A DNA stretch of 64,000 nucleotides from an uncultured Candidatus Saccharibacteria bacterium (lineage in GTDB: Bacteria; Patescibacteriota; Minisyncoccia; 2-02-FULL-40-12; GWA2-44-9): positions 40,048 to 104,047 of the forward strand of contig CAZAUE010000002.1 in NCBI GenBank assembly GCA_964488565.1. The letters run 5' to 3'. Position numbers and translations under genes: made by a program. A model generated the notes under the pieces. It was given only the letters and a program-made list of their open reading frames with translations, did no database searches and was not told the DNA's origin. The number at the start of each line of letters is the position of its first letter. The stretch's first letter is position 1. This document shows positions 45,712-54,638 of this stretch, one piece after another.

Positions 45712-47456
45712 TGGATATCGGACAAAATAAAAAATTAGACGAATTGTTTGCCCCTTCGGCTTTCAGCGTTTCACCTAACTATTTTCAGATAGGGGATAGA
45801 TATGCTCGCACGATCTTTCTTGCAACTTATCCGCGCTATCTCCAAACCAGTTGGTTTTCACCGGTAATAAATCTTGACCGAGTATTTGATGTTTCGATTT
45901 TTATATTACCAAAAAATACGGCCACGGTTCTCAAGCAGTTACGAGACCAGCTGGCCAGACTCCAATCTCAAGTGATGGAGGAATCCTCAAAGGGAAAAGT
46001 TCGTGATCCAATGCTTGAGACGGCTATCCAAGACATAGAGACACTAAGAGACAAACTCCAGCAAGGAACTGATAAGTTCTTTGAACTTGGGGTCTATATT
46101 ACGATTTATGAAAACAGCGTAAAAGAATTAGATGAAACTGAAAATAAAATTAAAGGTTTTTTGGAATATCAACTAGTCTATCCGAAACCGGCTATTTTCA
46201 GAATGAATGAAGGTTTTAATTCAACCCTTCCTATTAATGACGACCAGCTTAATGTTCACACCTCACTAAACACAGAGCCACTTTCTTCTTTGTTTCCGTT
46301 CGTTTCTTTTGACCTGACATCCGATTCGGGAATCCTTTATGGCATAAACACACACAATAATTCACTAGTCTTGTTCGACAGATTTGGTTTAGAAAACGCC
46401 AATGCTGTAGTTTTTGGAAAATCTGGAGGTGGTAAAAGCTATACAATCAAGTTGGAAATATTAAGAAGTCTTCTTTTTGGAACTCAGGTTTTAATTATTG
46501 ATCCAGAAAACGAATACAAATATCTCTCAGACACAATTGGAGGATCGTCGATAAAAATTTCGATTAATTCAGACCAACACATCAATCCATTTGATTTACC
46601 AACACCAAAATCCGACGAGTCGCCGGCTGACGTTTTCAAATCCCACATTTTAGAGCTTACTGGTCTTTTAAGACTCATGCTCGGAGAACTAACCCCAGAA
46701 GAGTCAGCCATCTTAGATGAAGCTCTTATCCAGACATATGCCATCAAGGACATAACTCCAGAATCAGATTTCTCTCAGTCATCTCCACCATTACTTTCTG
46801 ACCTTCAAAGTATTCTTGAGGGATTAACTGGGGCAGAATCAATGGCCATAAGACTACGAAAGTATACACAGGGAACTTATTCAGGGTTCTTGAATAAGCC
46901 AACCAACGTATCTCTTGATAATCAACTCATTACGTTTAGTATACGAGAAATGGAAGAGGAGTTAAGACCTATCGCCATGTACCTAATCTTGAATTTTATG
47001 TGGGTAACAATAAGAAGAACCCTCAAGAAACGCATTCTTGTTGTTGATGAGGCTTGGGTACTTATGAAATATGAAGTTGGCGCAAACTTTTTATCCAATA
47101 TCGCCAAGAGAGCTCGAAAATATTATGCTGGGCTGACAACAATCACTCAAGACATACCCGATTTCCTCTCATCGCCACAAGGAAAAACTATTCTGAGTAA
47201 TTCTTCAATACAAGTACTAATGAAGCAGTCGCCATCATCAATTGAGGTGGTAAAAGAAACCTTCAACCTAACTGATGCTGAAAAATATTACCTATTAGAG
47301 GCACGTGTAGGTTTTGGATTATTCTTCCTTGGGCAAAATCATATCGGCATTAGGGTTGTTGCCTCTTATGCTGAAGATCAAATAATTACTTCTGATCCAC
47401 GCCAAATACTTGAGATAGAAAAGGCAAAAGAGGAGTGGGCTAAATTAAGAGGGTAA
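45711..47456 (+). CDS. VirB4/TraC/CagE-type T4SS ATPase, C-terminal ATPase domain
   Basis: Walker A VVFGKSGGGKS, Walker B RILVVDEAW, a TQ sensor motif (LTTITQD), and VirB4-type linker regions. 581 aa. Together with the 218-aa ORF it makes about 799 aa, the size of a full VirB4. Confidence 0.75.
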   Translation: MDIGQNKKLDELFAPSAFSVSPNYFQIGDRYARTIFLATYPRYLQTSWFSPVINLDRVFDVSIFILPKNTATVLKQLRDQLARLQSQVMEESSKGKVRDPMLETAIQDIETLRDKLQQGTDKFFELGVYITIYENSVKELDETENKIKGFLEYQLVYPKPAIFRMNEGFNSTLPINDDQLNVHTSLNTEPLSSLFPFVSFDLTSDSGILYGINTHNNSLVLFDRFGLENANAVVFGKSGGGKSYTIKLEILRSLLFGTQVLIIDPENEYKYLSDTIGGSSIKISINSDQHINPFDLPTPKSDESPADVFKSHILELTGLLRLMLGELTPEESAILDEALIQTYAIKDITPESDFSQSSPPLLSDLQSILEGLTGAESMAIRLRKYTQGTYSGFLNKPTNVSLDNQLITFSIREMEEELRPIAMYLILNFMWVTIRRTLKKRILVVDEAWVLMKYEVGANFLSNIAKRARKYYAGLTTITQDIPDFLSSPQGKTILSNSSIQVLMKQSPSSIEVVKETFNLTDAEKYYLLEARVGFGLFFLGQNHIGIRVVASYAEDQIITSDPRQILEIEKAKEEWAKLRG

Positions 47457-47465
47457 TCAATAACC

Positions 47466-48029
47466 ATGGGATACGAATCAGAAGAAAAAAAAGAGTCGTT
47501 AAATCCAGAAAATAAACAAAACAGGCTGGACCGGATCTGGGAACAACAAGAGGGGCTTGAGCCAGGTAGCGCTAATCAGTCAAAGCAGGAAAGACTGGAA
47601 CGAATCTTGGAACAACAAGAACAGCTCGAATCAGACAGGGCTGTTTATCAAAACGAGCAAGAAAGAGAAAGTGCGGAAGCAAAAAATCAATCTCCACAAG
47701 CACAACCATACAAAATGGGGGCTGGGTCTTATGTCCTTATACTCTTTGCTCTTTTCGTTGATATAATTGAAATAATAACAACCTACACAGGGGTTGGTGC
47801 TATAATTTCTATCCCACTGGGTCTTCTTGTGGATGTTATAATATTTTTAGGGGTTGGCATGTCCAAAGATGCTCGAAAACAGTGGAAACGATTTGCTGTT
47901 GGGTTTGTTGGAGAAAATTTCCCCATACTTGCCTCAGTTCTTGAATTCATACCATTCCGAACACTTTCTTTAATCTGGATGTATCGAGGCATGAGTAGTC
48001 CTCAACAAGAAGATCCTGGGGTAAACTAA
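47466..48029 (+). CDS. hypothetical protein with charged N-terminal repeats and C-terminal two-TM hairpin
   Basis: Repeats RLDRIWEQQEGLE / RLERILEQQEQLE. C-terminal hydrophobic hairpin (VLILFALFVDIIEIITTYTGVGAIISIPLGLLVDVIIFLGVG). Operon position follows VirB4. Confidence 0.4.
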   Translation: MGYESEEKKESLNPENKQNRLDRIWEQQEGLEPGSANQSKQERLERILEQQEQLESDRAVYQNEQERESAEAKNQSPQAQPYKMGAGSYVLILFALFVDIIEIITTYTGVGAIISIPLGLLVDVIIFLGVGMSKDARKQWKRFAVGFVGENFPILASVLEFIPFRTLSLIWMYRGMSSPQQEDPGVN

Positions 48030-48030
48030 T

Positions 48031-49104
48031 ATGAATAGGAAATTTTTAATCTTTTTAACGGTTATTTCTTTATCTTTTACGGCTTTTTTATCCGGATATT
48101 TAGTAAGCCAAAAAGATTTTCATAGAAACCCTGATTCAATCCCTACCGGAAACATCCTTGATAAATTTAACGGTGTTAGCTCGGAATCAAATTCGCAAAT
48201 AAATTCATCTAACACACCAAAACTCCTAGGCCCAAGAAATGTAATATCTCCAATCCTCTCCAAAGAAAAAGATGGTATTATTTACTACGAAAAAGGCACG
48301 GGCAAGGTTTTTGAAATCACACCAAAAAACCTAAGAGAGAAGCCTGTTTCTGATATTTTTTTAGAAAATCTAGTTAAAACAATATGGGCACCATCGAGAA
48401 AAGAGGTTGTATCTGTTTTTTACTACCCGAAAGGAAATAGTTACAAATACTTTAATTACAAAACAAAATCTTCTGTTGATCTTGGGACAGATATTGAATC
48501 TTTGGTTTTCTCTCCTGATGGAAGTCAGATAGCTTATTTCGGAACAAAAAATGATTCCCGTGGTGTTTTTATTTCCCAACCTGACGGCAGTGCCTTAAAA
48601 CAAATACTCTCAAGTCGCTTGGAGGACGTGGAAGTTTATTGGCCTTCAAGTGAACTTCTCTCTTTTAAAACAACTTCGACTAATGGTTCTGAATTATATA
48701 GTCTATCCAAAGTAGGGGAGGTTAAAAAGATATTAGGCATAAAAGACGGTCTGGATATTAAATGGTCCGAAGACGGTTCGCGAATGTTGTTTTCTCAGAA
48801 AACAGAATCTGGCACTAGTTTGTTTTATAAAGATATCAACTCTGAAAAAGAGACTGGCCTGGGGATATCAACTCGAGCATCAAAATGTGATTGGGGCATG
48901 AGTGGAGAGACTGTGGTTTGTGGAGTTTCCAGAGCATCTATGTCTGGCGATGAAATATATGAAATTAATATAAATGGGGCAATAAAACTTATTTCCTCAC
49001 CAACCACAAAAATAAACACCTCAGAACTCTTTCTTTCTGGATTAGATAGTCACATTATTATTTTTAATAGTTTAGACAACAGATTGTACGTAATTAATAA
49101 ATAA
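48031..49104 (+). CDS. membrane-anchored TolB-like beta-propeller (PD40 repeat) protein
   Basis: N-terminal TM helix. PD40-like repeats (FSPDGSQIAYFG, WSEDGSRMLFS). Last gene of the operon. Terminator aaccccgcaattgcggggtt at 49106-49125. Confidence 0.5.
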   Translation: MNRKFLIFLTVISLSFTAFLSGYLVSQKDFHRNPDSIPTGNILDKFNGVSSESNSQINSSNTPKLLGPRNVISPILSKEKDGIIYYEKGTGKVFEITPKNLREKPVSDIFLENLVKTIWAPSRKEVVSVFYYPKGNSYKYFNYKTKSSVDLGTDIESLVFSPDGSQIAYFGTKNDSRGVFISQPDGSALKQILSSRLEDVEVYWPSSELLSFKTTSTNGSELYSLSKVGEVKKILGIKDGLDIKWSEDGSRMLFSQKTESGTSLFYKDINSEKETGLGISTRASKCDWGMSGETVVCGVSRASMSGDEIYEININGAIKLISSPTTKINTSELFLSGLDSHIIIFNSLDNRLYVINK

Positions 49105-49145
49105 CCCCGCAATTGCGGGGTTATTTATTAATTACTAGTTAGGGT

Positions 49146-49622
49146 CTATGGATAAGGCTTAATAACAATTCGTCTCTGTGGCTCATCTCCAATACTCTCT
49201 GTGGCCACATCAGGATAAGAAGCTAATTCCATGTGAACTATTCGTCTCTCATAAGCCGACATTGGAATAAGAACTTCTGCCTTCTGAGTATTTCTTACTC
49301 TGGTTACTGCCTGCTTGGCTGTATCTACAACAAATGATGCTCTGGATTTTTTGTAATCGTTAATGTCTATAATTATATTTTGTCCGTCATTATTTTTTAA
49401 AAGCATAGCTCTGACTAAGTGCTCAAAAGCTTTAAGATTCTGACCATTTTTACCAATAATAAACCTAACATTGTCAGGAGTATAAACAGAGACCACCACA
49501 GCCTTTGATTCAGGACCATTTTCTTCTCGTATTTCTACCTGGCAATCAAGGTTCATAAAACCAATAATCTTTTTGATTGTTGTAACTACTTTTTCTTTGT
49601 TTTGTTCGATTATATTATCCAC
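49146..49622 (-). CDS. jag: Jag/KhpB-like RNA-binding protein (KH + R3H domains)
   Basis: Conserved position downstream of yidC. R3H-like motif near the C-terminus. 158 aa. Confidence 0.7.
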   Translation of the reverse strand: MDNIIEQNKEKVVTTIKKIIGFMNLDCQVEIREENGPESKAVVVSVYTPDNVRFIIGKNGQNLKAFEHLVRAMLLKNNDGQNIIIDINDYKKSRASFVVDTAKQAVTRVRNTQKAEVLIPMSAYERRIVHMELASYPDVATESIGDEPQRRIVIKPYP

Positions 49623-50307
49623 AATATTTAATATATACCTGCTCTAGAATTGAAAAGACTGTAGTTGTTATCCAGTATAATACCAGACCTGCGGGTAAAT
49701 TCCAACCAATAATTATTATCATAACGGGGAAAAAATACAACATCTGACTATTCAAGGCTTTCATTTCTTTACTGACTCCTGCGCCTTGGTTTTGCGCTTT
49801 AGACACCCATGCTTGAGCAAACTGAGCCGCTCCAGCAATTATTGCCAAAAGAGGTATCTTGGAGGTTATGTTCATAAAACCAAAAGACATTTCGTTTATT
49901 GTTCCAGGATTAAGCACAAACGCATAAAGCATGCTTAGGTTTTCTGGTTTTAATCCAGCTATAAAAGCTTGGTACAGAGCAATCAAAATTGGTAGTTGAA
50001 TTAAAAGAGGAAGGCATCCTGCAAGGGGATTAACATTATGGTCTTTATACAATTTCATAATCTCAGCCGACTGAGCGGAAGAATCACCCTTGAGTCTCTG
50101 TTTTATCTCCTGCATCTTAGGGTTTAATTGATTTAGCTCTTTTTGAGACCTAACGGTTTTAATAGACAGAGGAAAGAAGAGTACTCTTATTACAGCCGTA
50201 AGAGCAATTATGGCTAACCCAAAATCATTCCCTGGCAAAACATTGTAAAGAAAAACAACGGCGTTAAATAATGGGCGGTATAAAATTTCAGTATATAGTG
50301 TCATCAT
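49615..50307 (-). CDS. yidC: membrane protein insertase YidC (short Gram-positive/CPR type)
   Basis: Five TM helices with the conserved YidC/Oxa1 core. 230 aa. Position within rnpA-yidD-yidC-jag. Confidence 0.85.
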   Translation of the reverse strand: MMTLYTEILYRPLFNAVVFLYNVLPGNDFGLAIIALTAVIRVLFFPLSIKTVRSQKELNQLNPKMQEIKQRLKGDSSAQSAEIMKLYKDHNVNPLAGCLPLLIQLPILIALYQAFIAGLKPENLSMLYAFVLNPGTINEMSFGFMNITSKIPLLAIIAGAAQFAQAWVSKAQNQGAGVSKEMKALNSQMLYFFPVMIIIIGWNLPAGLVLYWITTTVFSILEQVYIKYCG

Positions 50308-50327
50308 AATATTATAACTGGCAGTGA

Positions 50328-50558
50328 TTACGCTTCGTCTATGCCTGCTTTAGACAAAGGATTACATCTTAAAACTCTACCCACGGCTTTTATTGTCCCT
50401 CTTGTGGCTCCATATTTAGAAACCGCATCAAGAGCATAATCGGAACAGGTTGGATAAAACCTACAAGAAGAATTAAATGATCCGAAAGGACTACTGGCCC
50501 AAAAAGGGGATATTGCCCCTTTATAAAACTTAATTAATTTAATTATTATTATTTTCAT
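50328..50558 (-). CDS. yidD: membrane protein insertion efficiency factor YidD
   Basis: 76 aa with conserved Cys and the YidD motif FYKGAISPF...CRFYPTCSDYA. Confidence 0.75.
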   Translation of the reverse strand: MKIIIIKLIKFYKGAISPFWASSPFGSFNSSCRFYPTCSDYALDAVSKYGATRGTIKAVGRVLRCNPLSKAGIDEA

Positions 50559-50908
50559 TTAATTTTCTTAATAACCTCCAAAAAATCATCGACCAGATCC
50601 TTCTTGTCCGCAATGATTGTTTTCTTGGTTGCAAATACAATAATGTCGTGACCTTCTAAATTTTTAATCCTACCTCTTGCTGCTTCGGAAATAATTCTCC
50701 TTATCTTATTTCTTTCAACTGCTTTCTTTGCAATTTTAGCCGATACAACAAACCCGAAACGGGGGATACCTAATTCGTTTGTTCTGTGTTTTATAAACAA
50801 AAAGCTGCCATTAACAGCTTTCCCTTTTTTAAAAACGTCCTCGAAGTCTCGTTTTTTCTTAAGCCTGTTTTTTATATTCAAAGCCATGCGATAATTGTCC
50901 GCGAACAC
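50555..50908 (-). CDS. rnpA: ribonuclease P protein component
   Basis: 117 aa, basic, RNR-like motif (KIAKKAVERNKIRR). Position after rpmH. Confidence 0.8.
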   Translation of the reverse strand: MFADNYRMALNIKNRLKKKRDFEDVFKKGKAVNGSFLFIKHRTNELGIPRFGFVVSAKIAKKAVERNKIRRIISEAARGRIKNLEGHDIIVFATKKTIIADKKDLVDDFLEVIKKIK

Positions 50909-50987
50909 AGTGAGTGGTTACAATTATCAGCACCCGCCTTAGGCGGGTAACTTTTTGTTTCCAATCGCTAAGCTCTTGGACAAAAAG

Positions 50988-51125
50988 TTAGACAGCTAAA
51001 CTCTTCCTGCCTTTTCTCCTTCGCCTGGTCAAAACATTCCTTCCAGACTTAGTTTGCATCCTTCCCAGAAAGCCATGTTTTACTTTCCTTTTCTTCTTTT
51101 TTGGTCTAAATAAAGTAGATTTCAT
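50988..51125 (-). CDS. rpmH: 50S ribosomal protein L34
   Basis: The C-terminal 45 aa [45 protein letters not shown] match L34. I start at the internal Met (ATG revcomp at 51123-51125), because the 25-aa N-terminal extension in the ORF track is not L34-like. Confidence 0.8.
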   Translation of the reverse strand: MKSTLFRPKKKKRKVKHGFLGRMQTKSGRNVLTRRRRKGRKSLAV

Positions 51126-51375
51126 AAGTTTTAGTATACTTTTTATTTCTTGGAGGGTCAACCCCGCCGTTGAAGAGCAGAATTTATAATTATTAACCAA
51201 TTAACCCTAAAATCTCCATTGATTAACTATTTTTTAAAATAAAAAATTTAATTTTATGATTACACTGCTTTTCAACGGCGGGGTCAATATTGTTTTAATA
51301 TTTTCCACTTGTTATACACAATATATCAACTAATTTCTTGTCCCGCTAAATTTTTAACAAGGTATAATAAAACGT

Positions 51376-52749
51376 ATGACCAACGAAGAACTATGGAAAG
51401 CGGTGTTAGGAGAAATGGAATTGTCTTTAACCAAGGCAAATTTTACTACTTGGTTTAGGAACACCACTATTTTATCTAAAGATAAAAACGCTGTCGTTGT
51501 AAGTGTGCCTAATGGTTTTATTAAAGAATGGCTTGAAAACAAATTTAACAAAAGAATTCTTCAGTCTATTAGAAACCAGACCCCTGAAATAAGAGAGATA
51601 AAATATCTCATCGGCCGACCCAAAATAGAGCTTGCAAAACAAGACCTATCAAAAATGAATCTCGATACTGAGATAGACGAGAAAGCCGAATCGGATCTTG
51701 ATAAGGATCTAGATAAGACAACCAACCTAAACAGGAAATATACATTTGATTCTTTTGTTGTAGGTTCAAATAATGAGCTGGCTCATGCTGCTGCTTCGGC
51801 TGTAACCAAAAATCTTGGACGACTTTATAATCCACTATTCCTTTATGGTGGTGTTGGGTTAGGCAAAACCCACCTCCTTCAGTCTATTGGCAATAAGATA
51901 GCCGCGGAAAATAGGGATAAGAAAATATATTACATTCCCGCAGAAAGATTTACTGCTGAAATTGTGGAGGCAATCAGAAACAAAAACATAGAAGAGTTAA
52001 AAAATCAGTATTCAAAACTAGACCTACTCATGATTGATGATGTTCAGTTTATCGCCGGCAAAGAAAAGACTCAGGACATATTCTTTTCAACGTTCAATGA
52101 ACTCTATAGCCGAAACAAGCAAATAATTCTTTCCTCGGATCGACCTCCTCAAACAATTCCCGCACTTGAAGAACGTTTACGTTCACGCTTTCAAGGTGGC
52201 ATGGTCGCTGATGTTGGTCTGCCTGATTTTGAAACTAGGTTAGCTATCTTGAAATTAAAAGCTGCTGAAAGAAATTATGATCTTAATTTAGAGGTCCTCA
52301 CTTATATAGCTACTCACATCCAGAAAAATGTCAGAGAGCTTGAAGGAGCCTTAAACAGGGTAGTGGCTTTTGGTCAAATCTATAATAGAGTTCCCGATAT
52401 AAAAGAAGTAAAAAACATTCTAAACACCTACCTAAGCACTCCTTATAGAAAAACTTCTCCTCAGGTAATTCTTAAGTCGGTTGCCGATTTTTATAGTATT
52501 TCTTTGGCTGATTTAGTAAAAAGAAGTCGAAAGAAAGAAATTGTTAGACCTAGACAAATAGCCATGTTTTTACTTAGAGAGGAGACTAAATTATCCTTCC
52601 CTGAAATAGGTCAAAAATTAGGTGGGCGTGACCATTCAACTGTTATCCATGCTTGTGAGAAAATTAAAAACGAAGTTTCAGTAGATGAACCATTAAAACA
52701 AGAATTAATTTTGATAAAAGAACGTGTTTATAATTCGTTTGATAAGTAG
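51376..52749 (+). CDS. dnaA: chromosomal replication initiator DnaA
   Basis: N-terminal domain I, AAA+ Walker A GGVGLGKTHL, Walker B LLMIDDVQF, sensor and Arg finger, and a C-terminal DnaA-box-binding HTH. 457 aa. Confidence 0.95.
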   Translation: MTNEELWKAVLGEMELSLTKANFTTWFRNTTILSKDKNAVVVSVPNGFIKEWLENKFNKRILQSIRNQTPEIREIKYLIGRPKIELAKQDLSKMNLDTEIDEKAESDLDKDLDKTTNLNRKYTFDSFVVGSNNELAHAAASAVTKNLGRLYNPLFLYGGVGLGKTHLLQSIGNKIAAENRDKKIYYIPAERFTAEIVEAIRNKNIEELKNQYSKLDLLMIDDVQFIAGKEKTQDIFFSTFNELYSRNKQIILSSDRPPQTIPALEERLRSRFQGGMVADVGLPDFETRLAILKLKAAERNYDLNLEVLTYIATHIQKNVRELEGALNRVVAFGQIYNRVPDIKEVKNILNTYLSTPYRKTSPQVILKSVADFYSISLADLVKRSRKKEIVRPRQIAMFLLREETKLSFPEIGQKLGGRDHSTVIHACEKIKNEVSVDEPLKQELILIKERVYNSFDK

Positions 52750-52752
52750 TGA

Positions 52753-53022
52753 GGTCAGGTAATTAACATATTTAACAATCTTAGCGGAGCGGATTTTAGC
52801 CAAATCCGAGACGCGAGGATGAAGCTGTAGTTTATTCTACTGCGAGTCCGAGTAACGAAGGATTTGGTCTAAAATCAGCCCGCCCTCAGAGGGAAGCAAT
52901 GAATAGACCGATTTCTTTATCACTCCTCCTTGTCATAGAACAATCTATGTCTTCGTCGTCGTTTCTTGAACTCGGTCTATTCATTAGTTTCTAATGTTGT
53001 TAAATATGTTAATTACCTGACC
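52753..53022. mobile_element. MITE-like element with 26-bp perfect terminal inverted repeats inserted at the dnaA stop codon
   Basis: ggtcaggtaattaacatatttaacaa (52753-52778) pairs with ttgttaaatatgttaattacctgacc (52997-53022). The roughly 220-bp core has further internal inverted repeats (ggattttagccaaatcc / ggatttggtctaaaatc). No ORF. Confidence 0.6.
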
Positions 53023-53026
53023 ACAA

Positions 53027-53244
53027 ACTTGTTGATAAATTTGGAAATAAAAAGTTATCATTTATATATCCAGATGTAATTAGTACTTTATTAACATTTA
53101 AACAAAACAAAATTTAACCAATTTAGTTAATGATTACGTGATAAAAGTAATATCATCCACAAAGTTTTCAACATTTCCACAGCCCTAATAATAGTAATAA
53201 TATTTTAATCTAATAGTTATAAGAAGAGATCCACTATCCACTTT
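53027..53244. promoter_or_regulatory. putative oriC segment / dnaN promoter region with DnaA-box-like motifs and an AT-rich unwinding region
   Basis: TCATCCACA (53153-53161), ATTTCCACA (53173-53181), CTATCCACT and GATCCACT (53229-53243) approximate the TTATCCACA consensus. The intervening sequence is more than 80% AT. Classic dnaA-dnaN intergenic location. Confidence 0.5.
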
Positions 53245-54336
53245 ATGAAAATAACAGTTAATCAAAAAAATCTTAAGAAAGCATTAAGTCTGGTTGAGAA
53301 GGTTGTTTCTAAAAATTCATCTCTTCCGATTTTAAATAACATTCTTCTTAAAACTGAAAATGGGCGTCTTAAAATTTCAGCCACAAATCTTGAGATAGGA
53401 ATTAATTATATTATTGGCGCTAAAATTGAAGAGGTAGGTCAGATAGCCGTACCCGCAAGAATTATTTCAGATTTTATAGGAAATATAATGGACGACAAAG
53501 TTTCCTTAACAACAAAGAATAATATTTTAAGCATAAATTCCGACAGGTATAAGACTCAAATTCTTGGTTTTGATGCTAAAGATTTTCCAATAATACCTAA
53601 AATAAAATCCCAACCCCTAGCTGCTATTCCGACTAAACTTCTTAAAAATTCACTTATGACAGTTTTAGATTCAGTAGCTGTATCAGAAACAAGACCAGAA
53701 CTAGCAGGAGTCTATATGAATTTTAATAACGACAAGATTGTATTTGCAGCCACTGATAGTTTTAGATTAACTGAAAAAAGTGTTGATTTTAAAAATGTTC
53801 AAAAACAATTTTTCATCATTCCAAGAAACACAGTCGTAGAATTAATAAGAATAGCAGGAGAGATAGAAGGGGATTTATCGTTTAATACTAGCGATAATCA
53901 AGTATCTTTCTTTAATGATGATTTTGAAATGGTATCAAGGATTGTAGATGGAAATTATCCTGATTATAAAAAAATAATTCCTGAAAAATCTGTATCTAGG
54001 GTATTGGTAAACAAAAACGAATTAGATAAAAACATACGCATAGCAGGTTTATTCTCAACAAACATATCCGATATAAAAATTAACTGTTCTGAAGGTAAGA
54101 TGGCTATTTTAGCCAAAAACTCAGACAAAGGAGAAATTGAGACTCTTGTTGAAGCATCTCTTAAGAATGAACCATTTGAAGTTTCTTTAAACTTCCACTA
54201 CCTTCTTGATGGTTTAAAAATATTAGATACAGAAAAAATTATTATAGAATTTACAGGACAAGGTAGTCCTTTGGTAATAAGACCTAATGATGACAAAAAA
54301 GATGTGGTCTATCTCATTATGCCCCTAAGAAGTTAA
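53245..54336 (+). CDS. dnaN: DNA polymerase III beta sliding clamp
   Basis: 363 aa, three-domain clamp architecture, conserved position after dnaA. Confidence 0.9.
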   Translation: MKITVNQKNLKKALSLVEKVVSKNSSLPILNNILLKTENGRLKISATNLEIGINYIIGAKIEEVGQIAVPARIISDFIGNIMDDKVSLTTKNNILSINSDRYKTQILGFDAKDFPIIPKIKSQPLAAIPTKLLKNSLMTVLDSVAVSETRPELAGVYMNFNNDKIVFAATDSFRLTEKSVDFKNVQKQFFIIPRNTVVELIRIAGEIEGDLSFNTSDNQVSFFNDDFEMVSRIVDGNYPDYKKIIPEKSVSRVLVNKNELDKNIRIAGLFSTNISDIKINCSEGKMAILAKNSDKGEIETLVEASLKNEPFEVSLNFHYLLDGLKILDTEKIIIEFTGQGSPLVIRPNDDKKDVVYLIMPLRS

Positions 54337-54350
54337 CTGAATTACTAAAA

Positions 54351-54638
54351 ATGTTCAGATCAATAGGTGGAACTATAGACAGAAAGAAAAATAATTTAAT
54401 TAAAGCTGGAGAAAAAAGCTCAGATATTAGTTTGATTTTTAATAAGTTTTTGAATAAGTATTTTGCGGATTATAAAGATTTATTCGAATGGGAAGCTTCT
54501 TATAGTCCTAAAGATGGAAAAGTTATTATCAATACTGGCAGTAAACTAATAGCTGGAGAACTCAGTTTAAAAATTAAGGAGCTCTCACAGCTCCTTAAAG
54601 AGGCAAACCTAAAAGTTACTCAAATTGTTATTGTATAG
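54351..54638 (+). CDS. small hypothetical protein downstream of dnaN (DUF721/DciA-like position)
   Basis: 95 aa. Only the position after dnaN is suggestive. No motif confirmed. Confidence 0.3.
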   Translation: MFRSIGGTIDRKKNNLIKAGEKSSDISLIFNKFLNKYFADYKDLFEWEASYSPKDGKVIINTGSKLIAGELSLKIKELSQLLKEANLKVTQIVIV

